This document shows, one piece after another, positions 63,700-64,000 of a stretch of 64,000 bases of DNA (position 1 is its first letter; each line of letters starts with the position of its first letter). The notes under the pieces were generated by a model. That model was given only the letters and a program-made list of their open reading frames with translations. It was not told where the DNA came from and made no database searches. The stretch lies in assembly GCF_032191835.1 (NCBI RefSeq), contig NC_083243.1:54126001-54190000 (forward strand), read 5' to 3'. This DNA is from Heteronotia binoei (lineage: Eukaryota). Position numbers and translations under genes: made by a program.

Positions 63700-64000
63700 A
63701 TGCTTGTTAGAGATATAAGTCGCAAGTATGGCAATCATACGGTCAAAACCCTTGAGAAAGCTTGGACGCTATTTAAAACTATAATCCTAGAAGCTCAGAT
63801 AAAATACATACCACAAGTTAGGAAAGGCACAAACAGGCATAAGAAAAGGCCTGCGTGGTTAACAAACAAAGTAATGGAAGCTGTAAAAGGTAAGAAGGAC
63901 TCCTTTAAGCGGTGGAAAACCAGTCCAAGTGAGATTAGTAAAAGGGAACACAGGCTGTGGCAAATCAAATGCAAGACTGTGATCAGGCAGGCAAAAAGGG
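63700..64000 (+). mobile_element. CR1 LINE ORF2 fragment running off the window end
   Basis: Open frame LEKAWTLFKTIILEAQIKYIPQVRK...RPAWLT...KKDSFKRWK, typical of the CR1 region between APE and RT. Confidence 0.75.

Noticed and set aside
32400-64000. Expected neighbouring gene (LIN52 lies upstream of VSX2 in mammals)
   Set aside because: No LIN52-like or other host exon recognised; all long ORFs here are transposon-derived.

Overview
Squamate genomic DNA. The SINE, LINE and MITE repertoire suggests a gecko; the species cannot be determined from sequence alone. The window holds the complete coding region of VSX2 (CHX10) on the minus strand, in five coding exons (ATG 31372, stop 721; 389 aa). 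An in-frame upstream acceptor on exon 5 would give a 410-aa isoform. The gene has a TATA/CCAAT CpG-island promoter, a 21-kb third intron with its own CpG island, and about 32 kb of upstream DNA with no other host gene. That upstream DNA contains a CpG-rich candidate retinal enhancer cluster (about 54.3-56.4 kb) and dense, often nested, transposons: a full-length decayed L1-clade LINE inside a SINE, RTE-BovB, CR1, L2, a solo LTR, many hAT MITEs, and tRNA- and 5S-derived SINEs. The most unusual object is a 294-bp fold-back Penelope-like insertion (60249-60542) carrying two inverted, intact-looking minimal hammerhead ribozyme motifs. Decayed members of a second hammerhead-bearing Penelope-like family are scattered through the locus. 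All repeat family names come from recognition of remembered consensus features, not from a database search.
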